64,000 bases of DNA from Octopus vulgaris (GCA_951406725.2 OX597827.1:15066001-15130000), one strand, 5' to 3'. Shown: positions 40,051 through 52,997, numbered from the stretch's first letter. The notes: generated by a model not told the origin, from the sequence alone. Numbers and translations are program-made.

Positions 40051-40613
40051 TTAAGAAGTTCCCTTCTCAGTCATATGGCTTCAAATTAAGTTCCACTGTG
40101 CAGGACAGGACCTTGTGCAAGTTTTCTTCTATTATAGCACCAAAACCAACAAAAGCCTTGTGAGGGGACTTGGAAGACAGAAACTAAAAGATCATCACAC
40201 ACACACACGCACACACACACGCATATGCATACACACATACACACATGCACATACACACAAGCACATACACACACGCACACATGCATATGCATGCACACAA
40301 ACACACACTGACAAATGCATATGCATACACACACACGCATATCCATACACACACACACGCATATGCATACACACATACACACACGCACATACACACACAC
40401 ATATATATATAATACGAGATGTGGCAATTTGCTGTACTTGATAAGACATGTCAAACTAAGTAATATCATTGTCTTCCACACCTACAGGCTCGTCCTTTCA
40501 GGAGCCAGTGCCACATAAAATAAAGCACCTGTGCTGGTGCTGCATGAACACACCTATGCTAGTGGCACGTAAAAGGCACCCGCCACACTCTGTTAAGTGG
40601 TTGGTATTAGGAA

Positions 40614-41030
40614 GGTGGCGAGCTGGCAGAAACGTTAGCACGCCGGGCGAAATGCTCAGCGGTATTTCGTCTGCCGTTACGTTCTGAGTTGAAATTCCAC
40701 CAGGGTCGACTTTGCCTTTCATCCTTTCGGAGTCGATTAAATAAGTACCAGTTACGCACTGGGGTCGATATAATCGACTTAATACCTATGTCTGTCCTTG
40801 TTGGTCCCTTCTATGTTTAGCCCCTTGTGGGTAGTAAAGAAATAGGTATTTCGTCTGCCGATACGTTCTGGGTTCAAATTCCGCCGAGGTCGACTTTACC
40901 TTTCATCCTTTCGGGGTCGATAAATTAAGTACCAGTTACGCACTGGAGTCGATGTAATCGTCTTAATACCTATGTCTGTCCTTGTTTGTCCCCTCTGTGT
41001 TTAGCCCCTTGTGGGTAATAAAGAAATAGG
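40614..41030 (+). mobile_element. SINE family B dimer nested in a family R copy (~40500-41190)
   Basis: Junction AAAGAAATAGG-TATTTCGTCTGCCG at ~40845. A single TSD GGTATTAGGAAGG (40603-40615 / 41029-41041) flanks the dimer. Confidence 0.92.
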
Positions 41031-41156
41031 TATTAGGAAGGCCATCAAGCCATAGAAAACCATGACACAACAAACGGTTGGAGTCTGGAGAACTCCTTGC
41101 CAGCCAACTCTATGTCAAGCCATCCAACCCATGCCAGCATGGAAAGCAGACGTTGA

Positions 41157-41194
<38 letters not shown>

Positions 41195-41584
41195 ATATAG
41201 CATAAAGTATTCAAGGCTATTTATATCAATATAAAACTCAAGCTGGTAAGAATTTAGCAATTTAACTAATGAGTTGAAGAATGTGACTCCACAGTGTGAA
41301 ATACTATATTTTAATTCATAATTAGTGAAGAGAACAAAAGCTCTGAAGTTGACTTAGAGTAATTACATAAACTAAATGTTTGTTTGCTTTTTTTTTTTTT
41401 GCATTTGTTTTCACAATTAAGGTTCATTTGATAAAACTATTAATAAAGTGCTGCCAGCCTATATCAAGCTTCTGTGAGTTAGTGGTGATGATTAATAAGG
41501 GAAATATGCATTTCTGTATATACATTTTGTTAAATATACACACACATATATATACCCCACAAACACACATGCACATATATATAT

Positions 41585-42687
41585 AAAGCCAAGTGAAATC
41601 GTAGTCGTGGTCAATGCCAGTGTAACATAACTGGCACTTGTGCTGGTGGCATGTAAAAATCCCCCTTCAAATGTTGGGCTTCATGGAGACAGTGACAAGT
41701 GACCATGACCTTTGGTGTTGTACCATGCTTGAGAAGACCAGTCAAGCCAAATGAGAACATAGCTGTGGCCAAAGCCGGTATTACATAACAGGGATGTACA
41801 AAGCACCCACTACACTCTTGGAGCAGTTAGCATTTGGAAAGGCCATTGACATCAGGCCAAATCAAATTGGAATCGGTGCAGCTCTCCAGCTTACCAGTTT
41901 TCACTCAAAGCATCCAATCCATGCCAGCATGGAAAACATTATGTGATGATGATGATGATGATGTATATATATATATCATCATCATCATCATCATTTAGCA
42001 TCCGCTTTCCATGCTAGCATGGGTTGGACGGTTCAACTGGGGTCTGGGAAGCCAGAAGGCTGCACCAGGCCCAGGTTGATCTGGCAATGTTTCTACAGCT
42101 GGATGCCCTTCCTAACGCCAACCACTCCGTGAGTGTAGTGGGTGCTTTTTACATGCCACTGGCACAGGTGCCAGATGAGGCTGGCAAACGGCCACGATTG
42201 GATAGTGCTTTTTACATACCACCGGCACGGAGGCCATATATATATATATATGTGACGGCCTGCGGTGCTTACCTTGGATCACGGGGTGACCTGCTGTGCT
42301 TGAGGAGAACTATTGAGTCAAGTACATCAACATCAAAAGAGAAATCAAATGGAATTGTAATTGTGATACCCGTGCCAGTGGCACATAAAAAGCACCATCC
42401 GAACGTGGCCAATGCCAGCGCTACCTTGAATGGCTTCCATGCCGGTGGCATGTAAAAGACACCAACCAATCGTGGCCGTTGCCAGCTTCCTCTGGCCCCT
42501 GTGCCAGTGGCACGTAAAAAGTACCCACTACACTCACGGAGTGGAGTGGTTGGCGTTAGGAAGGGCATCCAGCCATAGAAACACTACCAGATCAAACTGA
42601 AACCTGGTGCAGCCTCCTGGCTTCCCAGACCCTGGTCGAACCATCCAACCCATGCTAGCATGGAAAACGGACGTTAAACGATGTTGA

Positions 42688-42692
<5 letters not shown>
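41585..42692. mobile_element. Cluster of three family R copies in +, -, + orientation
   Basis: (GAT)n tail at ~41945, (CAT)n at ~41976 and (GAT)n at ~42680, separated by (TA)n. Confidence 0.85.
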
Positions 42693-42744
<52 letters not shown>

Positions 42745-43034
42745 ACATATTGGTTTCAAATTTTAGCACAAGGCCAGTAGGGGGAGAGACTTAGTCAACT
42801 GCATCAACCCCAGTACTCGACTGGTACTTATTTTATTGACCCTGAATGTGTGAAAGTCAACCCCAACAAAATACTGCAAAGCATTTTGATTTTACCCAGC
42901 ATGCTAACAATTCTGCTAGCTCACCACCTTCGTCAAGAACACAAAGCACAGCCACTGTAGGGATCAAACCCACGATCTTGAGATCAGGACTGTAGCACAC
43001 CTAACCACTAGGCCACATGCCTTCACCAATATGT

Positions 43035-43481
43035 TCTTTTGTTCTTTTACTTGTTTCAGTTATTTGACAATGGCCATGCTGGAGTACTGTTTTTAGTCAA
43101 ACAAATCGACCCCAAGACTTATTCTTTGTAAGCCTAGTACTTATTCTGTTGGTTTCTTTTGCCGAACCACTAAGTTATGGGGATGTAAACACACCAACAT
43201 TGGTTGTGAAGCGATGGAGATGGGACAAACACAGACACACACTCACAAATATATACATATATATATATATATAACAGGAAGGTTTACAAAAATAAACAAA
43301 AGACGAAGGCAGGTGGAATACAAACAAACAAATGTATTAGTATGGCGCTCAGTAATAGAAATAGAACAAGTCTTTTACGTTTCGAGCCTATGCTCTTCGA
43401 CAGAAAGATACACAGAAAAGAAACAAGGAGAGAAAAAAATGCGTGTAGGTGCTAACGGTCCATCATGGTGCTATACATATA

Positions 43482-43515
<34 letters not shown>

Positions 43516-43675
43516 CGATGGGCTTCTTTCAGTTTCCGTCTACCAAATCAACTCACAAGACTTTGGTCAGCCCAAGTCTATAGTAGAAGACACTTGCCCA
43601 AGGTGCCATGCTGTGCGACTGAACCCAGGACCATGTAGTTGGGAAGCTTCTTATGACACAGCCTCCTGTGCCAAT
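43035..43675 (-). mobile_element. SINE family A whose internal (TA)n hosts a ~200-bp insertion (43272-43471)
   Basis: SINE halves lie on both sides of the insert. Confidence 0.85.
43371..43408 (-). ncRNA. Minimal type I hammerhead-like motif with variant core (CUGUCGA)
   Basis: Reverse complement: TCTTT / CTGTCGA-A / GAGC-ATAG-GCTC / GAAA-C-GTA / AAAGA. Confidence 0.55.
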
Positions 43676-43697
43676 ATAATTTATTATATACATATAA

Positions 43698-44050
43698 GTG
43701 AAGACACATGGTTCAGTGATTAGAGTGTTGGGTTTACAATCTTGGGGTTGTGAGTTCAATTCCTAAACTGGGCTGTGTGTCGTATTCTTGAGCAAAACAC
43801 TTTATTTCATGTTGCCCCAATTCAGTCATCTGTAGAAATGGGTTGGGACGTCCCTGGTGCCAAGCTGTATTGGCCTTTACCTTTCCCTCGGATAATATTG
43901 GTGGTGTGGAGAGGGGAGGCTGGTATGCATGGACAACTACTGGTCTTCCATGAAACAACCTTCCTTGGACTTGTGCCCCAGAAGGGAACTCTCTTGGTGT
44001 TTTCCCATGATCATTCATGATCGAAGGGATCTTTACCGTTTACCCTTCTA
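43698..44050 (+). mobile_element. SINE family E
   Basis: tRNA-like A/B boxes and TTGAGCAAAACACTT centre; homolog of 14078-14633. Confidence 0.8.
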
Positions 44051-44093
44051 TATACATATATATAAAATGCATGTATATGTGTGTGTGTATGTG

Positions 44094-45192
44094 CATCATC
44101 ATCATCATCGTTTAACGTCTGTTCTCCATGCTAGCATGGGTTGTATGGTTCGACTGGGGATCTGGGAAGCCAGCAGGCTGCACCAGGCTCCAGTCTGATC
44201 TGGCAATGTTTCTACAGCTGGATGCCCTTCCTAACGTCAACCACTCCATGAGTGTAGTGGGTGCTTTTTATGTGCCACCTGCACAGGTGCCAGGTGAGGC
44301 TGGCAACGGCCACAGTCGGATTGGTGCATTTTACGTACCACCGGCATGGAAGCCAGTCGAGGTGGCACTGGCATCGGCCACGATTCGGATGGTGCTTTTT
44401 ACGTGCCACCGGCACGGAAGCCAGTCGAGGCGATGCTGGCATCGGCCACAATTCGGATAGCGCTTTTTACATGCCACCAGTACGGAAGCCAGTCTAGGCG
44501 GCGTTGGCATCAGCCACCTTCAGATGATGCTGTTTACGTGCCACCGGCACAGGGATCACAACTGCAGTTTCCATTGATTTTGATGTCGGTGTACTTGACT
44601 CAATGGATCTCCTCAAGCACAGGGTCGAAATGGTGTTTCTTCACTTGCCACCTGCACAGGAGTCAGTCAAACAGTCCTGACAACTGCCAGGTGCCAGTCA
44701 TAGGATTGGCTCAATTTCGATTCCTATTTCAGTTTCGATTTCACTTGCCCCAACAGGTCTTCGCAAGCAGAGTTTAGTGTCCAATGAAGGGAGGTTGGCA
44801 TGGGTGCCTGTCGTCAGATGAGGTTCGATTTCGACTTCGCTTGCCTCAACAGGTCTTTGTGTGTCCAAGGGAGGAAAGACATGCATAAGTGGGCTGGACT
44901 CACTTGTCCTGCGTGGTCTTCTCACGCACAGCATATTTCCAAAGGTCTCGGTCGCTGGTCATTGCCTCAGTGAGGCCTAAAGTTTGAAGGTCGTGCTTCA
45001 CCACCTCGTCCCAGGTTTTCCTGGGTCTACCTCTTCCATGGGTTCCCTCAACTGCTAGGGATTGGCACTTTTTCACACACCTATCTTCATCCATTCTCAC
45101 CACATGACCATACCAGCGCAATCATCTCTCTTGCACACCACAGCTGATGCTTCTTAGGTCCAACATTTCTCTCAAGGTACTAACACTCTGTC

Positions 45193-45195
<3 letters not shown>
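44094..45195 (-). mobile_element. 5'-truncated RTE-type LINE (ORF C-terminus, 3' UTR and (GAT)n tail); source of family R
   Basis: RWYGHVVRMDEDR...GRGRPRKTWDEVVKHDL...DRDLWK (44900-45121) is a typical RTE ORF end. The 3' UTR has ~58-bp tandem repeats. Confidence 0.9.
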
Positions 45196-45228
<33 letters not shown>

Positions 45229-45907
45229 TCTGAGTGGTTGTGTAGTTACAAAGCTTTCTTTACAACACACGCACAGATACACACATACATATACCTATAA
45301 TATATTATATAGATATATATAAAATAAATGCACTTTTTTTTTTTTAACTAAGGTATCCTTCATTGAGTGCCTTCCATTGAGTAATTATTACTTCTGAGTT
45401 TCTGGTAGCTACAAAACATATGTAGCCTGGATTTTGCTTGCTCTATCCCCTAAATTTGGATTTTTATTCACATGTGTAGCAACCTTGGTTGCTAACCTTG
45501 AACTATAAAAATAACTTTTTACAGCTTATTGGACTTCAATATGGTAAAAATTTACAACTTTCCACAGCAATAAACAACTATTGTTCCTGGAAGTTGTTTT
45601 TAATACTTTCTGCAGATTGCTCAAAGCTTACTAACTTCCAGCACATGGATCCTTGGATCTTAGTTTTACATATTGCTATCAATGTACACATGCACGCACA
45701 CGTACACACACACGCACACACACACACGCACACACACTCACAAGTGTGACTGTGTGCTTATAAAGCTTGCATTGCAACTATGCGGTTCATTTGAGGTTTA
45801 GTCCCACTGCATGATAACACCTTGGGCAAGTGCCTTCTACTATCACCCCCAAGATCAGCCAATGATTTGTAAGTGAATTTGTCTGATGGGAAACTGCATA
45901 GAATATA

Positions 45908-45939
<32 letters not shown>

Positions 45940-45941
<2 letters not shown>

Positions 45942-46355
45942 CTCTTTTACTCTTTACTCTTTTACTTGTTTCAGTCATTTGACTGCGGCCATGCTGGAGC
46001 ACCGCCTTTAGTCAAGCAAATCGACCCCGGGACTTATTCTTTCTAAGCCCAGTACTTAATCTATCGGTCTCTTTTGTCGAACCGCTAAGTGACAGGGACA
46101 TAAACACACCAGCATCGGTTGTCAAGCAATGCTAGGGGGACAAACTTAGACACACAAACACATACATATATATATGTATATATATATATACGACAGGCTT
46201 CTTTCAGTTTCCGTCTACCAAATCCACTCACAAGGCATTGGTCAGCCCGGGGCTATAGCAGAAGACACTTGCCCAAGATGCCACGCAGTGGGACTGAACC
46301 CAGAACCATGTGGTTGGTTAGCAAGCTACTTACCACACAGCCACTCCTGCGCCTG
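45940..46355 (-). mobile_element. SINE family A (young)
   Basis: Full length. Confidence 0.92.
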
Positions 46356-46454
46356 TATATATATATTTTTTTTTTTTTTTTCTGGTGTAGTGAAACTCAA
46401 AATGATAAAGCTATAAATAATATCATATAAGTATTTGGTAGAAAATCTCTTATA

Positions 46455-46765
46455 AATAATAATAATAATAATAATAATAATTGTGTAAAGTGCTCAGGTG
46501 CACTACAACTCATCTAAAGTGTATATATAATCAGGTGTAGTTTCGGCAGATTTCGGAAAGCATGAAGGCCTTAAAGGATGCAGTGTCATGGCAGTCCACA
46601 ACTGACGCAGGCAGTTTATTCCATGCTTCAGCAACTCTGAGCGTGAAAAAATGTTTCCGAAAGTCATGGGAGCTGTGTTGTTTTCTGACTTTGTAGGCAT
46701 GTCCACGTGTGTTAGACACATGGAGATCAAAAAGGTGTTCAGTGTTGTTGTTGGTGAGGTGGGAT
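46455..46765 (-). mobile_element. CR1-clade LINE 3' fragment
   Basis: Near-identical to 25660-25940; (TTA)n tail. Confidence 0.88.
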
Positions 46766-47556
46766 TGAAAAATTCAAAGGTTTGTTATTCATAGCTCTTT
46801 ACTTCTTCAGGTTCTGCTTCGAGTTCCAATATTCCAAAAAAGAACTATTTCATGATCATCTCAAAGACAGTGTAGCATTGCCAAAGAAATGAGAAAGGCT
46901 GATGATAAAATGCAAGGGTTTAAAAATAATTAAGTCACTTCAGATGGGGTAAAATAAGAGTGAAGGTTAGTGAGGGAAGCTGTTGCAAGGATATGCTATG
47001 GAAAGTGGATCTATTGAGGTTGAGATGATTCCAGAGCTCAGTGTCCACTGAGCTTCCATTTCAAGACAATATTAAACATGGTGGCTGGAATGGAACCACT
47101 TTTTGCTGTCAGTGTGAAGGCTGTGCATTGTTGTGGCATATTGTGACACCATGCAAGTCGTCCCCCAAATAATACAGGCTGCTTAATCAAGTCTTATACA
47201 TCTATGCTCGCTCGTGAAAAGCACGAGGGCAACAGCATGCATAAACACAATGAGAATCGGTTCCAAGGTCCTCTCTATAGTTTTCGATAGGCAAATGAGA
47301 AAGGGCAAAGCAGAAGTGTAAACAAGGAACAGTCAATTCCTGGTGCTTATGACTGGGATGTTTAACATCTAAGGGGAGGTAACTCTCTAAAAGGTGCGTA
47401 ACTCAACAATTCAATAAAGCGTGAATAAAATGAGTATCTGACAAAGTATTGAAGTCGATTCATTGGACTAATTAATTACCCACCTCACTCCTTAAAGGTG
47501 GTGATCATAGGCGATTTCTGCGTGGGGATTCAAAGAGATAGAGGAAGAAATAGAAA

Positions 47557-47785
47557 CCTATTTCTTTACTACCCACAAGGGGCTAAACACAGAGAGGACA
47601 AACAAGGACAGACAAATGGATTAAGTCGATTACATCGACTCCAGTACGTAACTGGTACTTATTTAATCGACCCCGAAAGGATGAAAGGCAAAGTCGACCT
47701 CGGGTGAATTTGAACTCAGAACGGAGCAGCAGATGAAATACGGCTAAGCATAACGCCTGGTGTGCTAACGTTTCTGCCAGCTCAG
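47557..47785 (-). mobile_element. SINE family B
   Basis: Similar to other family B copies. Confidence 0.88.
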
Positions 47786-47811
47786 ACTGCACTGGACTGG
47801 TGCTTGACTGA

Positions 47812-47814
<3 letters not shown>

Positions 47815-47855
<41 letters not shown>

Positions 47856-47868
47856 ATATGTATATATG

Positions 47869-47902
<34 letters not shown>

Positions 47903-47910
47903 TGTATGCA

Positions 47911-47941
<31 letters not shown>

Positions 47942-48083
47942 TAATAGTAATATATATATACATGCACACACACATACATACATGCACACATACATACATG
48001 CACACATACATACATACATACATACATACATACATACATGCACACATACACACATGCACACATACATATACACATACACACAC

Positions 48084-48114
<31 letters not shown>

Positions 48115-48136
48115 TCTTAATAGTAATACATACATG

Positions 48137-48202
<66 letters not shown>

Positions 48203-48245
48203 TACATACATACATACATACATACGTGTGTGTGTGTGTGTGTAT
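47815..48245. repeat. Compound (TA)/(TATG)/(CATA)/(CA) microsatellite
   Basis: Read directly. Confidence 0.93.
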
Positions 48246-48464
48246 TACATAGCCAAATAGTATATCCTTGGTTACAACCAGTCAGAAAGTTACCATTGGT
48301 TTCATGTCTACTATAGGCAACTCATCAGAACTCATTAGCTGACCTGGTGAGATTAATAATGTATTTGTAGACTTATATGCATTTATCCAACATAGTCCTA
48401 CCTATGCATGCATGGATGACATATATTAAATGATGATAACAAAGAGAAGGAAGAGGATGTCCTA

Positions 48465-48687
48465 ATTCTTTTACTCTTTTAATAGTTTCAGTCATTTGAC
48501 TGCGGCCATGCTGGAGCACCGCCTTTAGTCAAGCAAATCGACCCCGGGACTTATTCTTTGTAAGCCCAGTACTTATTCTATCAGTCTCTTTTGCCGAACC
48601 GCTAAGTGATGGGGGACGTAAACACACCAGCATCGGTTGTCAAGCAATGCTAGGGAGACAAACACAGACACACAAATACACACACAT

Positions 48688-48726
<39 letters not shown>

Positions 48727-48891
48727 CAACGGGCTTCTTTCAGTTTCCGTCTACCAAATCCACTCACAAGGCATTGGTCGGCCCGGGGCTATAGCAGAAG
48801 ACACTTGCCCAAGATGCCATGCAGTGGGACTGAACCCGGAACCATGTGGTTGGTTAGCAAGCTACTTACCACACAGCCACTCCTGCGCCTA
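48465..48891 (-). mobile_element. SINE family A (young)
   Basis: Full length. Confidence 0.92.
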
Positions 48892-49379
48892 TGTTTTATA
48901 TAATATAGATACTCTGAAACTTAATATAGATATGCCAACAATTTTGATATTATCGACCTCGTTGCAAAGTGTAAATAAGTGTTCATTTAAGTTCAGAAAA
49001 TCCAATTTGTATTGTGTGATATATAATTAATTAATTTGCCATATGAATATTCACTTATGCAAATAAGACTGGCCTTTTTGAGCTGAGTTCTGGTATGTGA
49101 TTGATATTAATAGCAATAACTTGTCGGGCATTCTGCAGTTGATGAACATCCAAACAGAAATGAAACTAGTGAGGGTTATTCTACTATTTTTCTGCCCCAC
49201 CAAGAGATATAAGCAAGTATTGACATACCAAAACAAAACTTGTAAATACAAACATAGTTATATCTTCAGGAAATTTCACATTATGCAGTACTTGGATTAT
49301 GTTATGCTAATTATTTAAATAATTTAGATAATAAATAAATCTTAGCCACTTACATTTTACCTAATGTTATAGATAGATA

Positions 49380-49611
49380 AGGCGGCGAGCTGGCAGAAAC
49401 GTTAGCATGCCAGGCGAAATGCTTAGCAGTATTTCATCTGTTGCTACATTCTTAGTTCAAATTCTGCCGAGGTCAACTTTGCCTTTCATCCTTTCAGGGT
49501 CAATTAAATAAGTACCAGTTACGCACTGGGGTTGATATAATCGACTTAATCCGTTTGTCTGTCCTTGTTTGTCCCCTCTGTGTTTAGCCCCATGTGGGTA
49601 GTAAAGAAATA
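49380..49611 (+). mobile_element. SINE family B
   Basis: TSD GTTATAGATAGATA; the right copy runs into a (GATA)n tract. Confidence 0.9.
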
Positions 49612-49622
49612 GTTATAGATAG

Positions 49623-49653
<31 letters not shown>

Positions 49654-50361
49654 CAGACAGACAGCTATATATATATATACATACATACTTACATATATAT
49701 ACACACACACATGTATACCTATATATATGTGTGTGTGTGTAACAGAGTTATTAGTAAGAGATTATCAATCCAGGCAAAATACTTTATAAGTAGTCTATTA
49801 GTATACCAAACTAACAATACTGCTTATTTTAGTAAAGAACTTGGGGTTTTCTTGTAGTAGGGTCTGATGTTATACTTCCACCGTTCTACATTGTTAATCA
49901 ATGGTTTGTGTCCTAGTTATACTGGGTTTCACACAGAGTGATATCCAAGACAAAGCATGAATAATGGTTGTTACATATTTTTCTTTGTTGTTGCAAATTT
50001 GACTTACAGATGTTTCCAGTAGTTATTATAAGTAAACTTATCAATAACAAATCTATAACGGCTCCTGGAAGCAGTTGTAAGTAAACCAATCAATAGGGGA
50101 GTAGACGCTTATTGATCAATAGCGAACCTATAATGATTACTGGAAACAGCTGTAAGTCAAAATTTACTACAATAAAAGAGAATATTTAATGACCATTATT
50201 TATGCCTTGTCTGTGTGTGTATGTATGTATATCTTTTATCTTTAACTTGTTTCAGTCAGCAGACTCCAGCCATGCTGGAGCACCATCTTGAATGTTTAGT
50301 CAAATGAATCAACCCCAGTGCTTCTTTTTTAAGCCTGGTACTTATTCTATCAGTCTCTCAC

Positions 50362-50472
<111 letters not shown>

Positions 50473-50480
50473 TCTATTCT

Positions 50481-50534
50481 AGCAAAAACTGTCCAATGAA
50501 CGGCAACGTGAAACTCAGAGTAACAGGTTTTGCT
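50481..50534 (+). ncRNA. Degenerate type I hammerhead-like motif
   Basis: AGCAAAAACTGT / CCAATGA / ACG-GCAA-CGT / GAAA-CTCAGA-GTA / ACAGGTTTTGCT. Two core substitutions relative to CUGANGA. Confidence 0.5.
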
Positions 50535-50644
50535 GAATTTTCTGCTGCTTTAAATAAAGCATATTACTCTACCTCTGGTATTTGAGTACTCTTTTTTTCC
50601 ACCTTGTTTCACATTTATGTGTTTACTCCGGTATATATATATAT

Positions 50645-51042
50645 ATTCTTTTATTCTTTTACTTATTTCAGTCATTTCACTGTGGCCATACTGGAGCATC
50701 GCCTTTAGTTGAGCAAATCGACCCCAGGACTTATTCTTTGTAAGCCTAGTACTTATTCTATCGGTCTCTTTTGCTGAACCGCTAAGTTACACGGACGTAA
50801 ACATGCCAGCATCGGTTGTCAAACCATGTTGGGGGGACAAACACAGACACACACACATATATATACATATATACGATGGGCTTCTTTCAGTTTCCATCTA
50901 CCAAATTCGCTCACAAGGCTTTGGTCTGCCCAAACCTATAGTAGAAGACACTTGCTCAAGGAGCCACGCAGTGGGAGGGACTGAACCTGGAACCATGTGG
51001 TTGGGAAGCAAGCTACTTACCACACAGCCACTCCTACGCCTG
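50645..51042 (-). mobile_element. SINE family A
   Basis: Similar to other family A copies. Confidence 0.88.
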
Positions 51043-51074
51043 TATTATATACATGTCTATATATGTATGTGTGT

Positions 51075-51432
51075 GTCTGTAATATGTGTGTGTGTGTGTT
51101 TTTTGTGTGTGTGTGTGTGTGTATGTAAACAGTTATTCATACATATATACATTTATACATATACACATACAAACATGTGTGTTTGTGTGTGTGTGTGTGT
51201 GCTTGCGTGTGTGTAAACAGTTATTCATACATATATACATTTATACATATACACAAACAAACATGTGTGTGTGTGTGTGTGTGTTTGTGTGTGCTTGAGT
51301 GTGTGTAAACAGTTATTCATACATATATACATTTATTCATATACACATACAAACGTGTGTGTGTGTGTGTGTGCTTGCGTGTGTGTAAACAGTTATTCAT
51401 ACATATATACATTTATACATATACACATACAA

Positions 51433-51468
<36 letters not shown>

Positions 51469-51482
51469 ATGTGTGTGTGTGT
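51075..51482. repeat. Minisatellite, 4 copies of ~80-92 bp (GTAAACAGTTATTCATACATATATACATTTAT...(TG)n)
   Basis: The motif starts at ~51125, 51213, 51305 and 51385. Confidence 0.9.
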
Positions 51483-51499
51483 ATCTTATAATAGCTGTA

Positions 51500-51850
51500 T
51501 CAGACTTATACCCAGCTATCAGTACATCCTCCACCCTCACTAACCATGCTAATTTCACTAAGATATGAAAGGCAACCAAAAAACTCACTGAAGATATAAA
51601 CAACCTACAGAAAGATATAAACACCACAAACAGGTGAGCAGAAGAAAGCAACTTGAAACGTAACGCAGAAGCCTTTCGGCCACTTCACTTCCAGACTTGC
51701 ACCACAGAATAACCTAGATTTATATCAATCATGAAGTTGGTAGGTATTGTTATGAGTAATAAAATATCATTCTACGCACATATAAAGAATTGTAGAAACT
51801 AGCAGGACACAGATGGGGGGTTGGCAGTAAGAACATTCAAACTGAGATCC
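51500..51850 (+). pseudogene. Heavily degraded non-LTR (CR1-like) reverse transcriptase fragment
   Basis: Translation across stops and frameshifts gives ...ANFTKI*K...DINNLQKDINTTNR*AEESNLKRN..., resembling the FADDTK...LQxDL...W...MKFN region. Confidence 0.45.
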
Positions 51851-52022
51851 TGGGTGGTAATACCTGTTCTGTGAAGAATTTTTTTTTTTCCAGTTATCTA
51901 TAATTACTTTTCTCAGTCTTAATGACTTCATAGGGTTCATCAATAGTTCTTTTGCTGTTGTTTTTTTTTTTTAATTCATGTTTTCACTACTTAAGATTGA
52001 ACCCATGCACAAATAAGCTATT

Positions 52023-52335
52023 GTGGAACCACACGGCCTAGTGGTTAGAGCAGTGGACTCGCGGTCGAGGGATCGCGGGTTCGAATCTCAGACCGGTTGA
52101 TGTGTGTGTTTATGAGCGAAACACCTAAGCTCCACGCGGCTCTGGCAGAAGGTAATGGCGAAACTTCTGCTGACTCTTTCGCCACAACTTTCTCTCACTC
52201 TTTTCCTCCTGCATCTTGCAGCTCACCTGTGACGGACCGGCGCCCCGTCCAGGTGGGGAACCTATACCCCCAAGAAACCAGTAAACCGGCCCTTATGAGC
52301 CAGGCATGGCTCGAGAAGGCACAAACAACAAACAA
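52023..52335 (+). mobile_element. SINE family D (family-C-like head, V-domain-like tail)
   Basis: The head aligns with 18439-18625 but the 3' half differs. TSD ACAAATAAGCTATTG at 52009-52023 / 52332-52346. Confidence 0.88.
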
Positions 52336-52997
52336 ATAAGCTATTGAGGTTGGCAGGTTTGGGACTATACAGCCTGGAATGTGAGAATGAAGAACAAAAC
52401 AATATGCTGACATTAGCAACAGAGAAACCATAAAGGAATTAGCATTAAGCTTTGGCGTTCAGAGATATAAAGATCTCCAAACAGTTCTGTCTTCTCTCTA
52501 TTGATTTCTCTTTTCTTATAAAATTTCCAAAAGTTGTGCCTTCTCCCAATTGAGTAAAAACAAGGTATTTGTAGCAATGTGAGTTTGAACTCACTACCTC
52601 ACAATCATAAGCTTGACACTCTAACCACTGAGCCATATGCCTTCAAACAACATAAATAATTAGCATTGGGCCCCTAGACCCATGGAACCCCTGGAAAACT
52701 GTTCAGTGTGCCCGTGTCTTAAGATGGCACTGGATTTACATGATGTAGATGTCAATAAATTCAAAGATCACTTGGAACACTTATAGAACAAAATCCCTTA
52801 TGAAAATCACATTGCAACAGAAGACAGCATGGTGAAGTATGTGCAGTTTTTGTGAAAGCAGATTTGGTAATTACAAGTTCTGGGTAAGTAAGGAGAAGCC
52901 CTATCAAGAATGCTCCATGCACCGTTGGAGAATTGGTTTCAATTGTCCCGGAGTTCACTGAAGCAGACCAGGGAAGTGAGGTTCCTCCAGTCCCTAT

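Noticed and set aside
44260-44560. Regularly spaced palindromic repeats resembling a CRISPR array
   Set aside because: The 'spacers' are homologous to each other, the array lies in a LINE 3' UTR in a eukaryote, and there are no cas genes.
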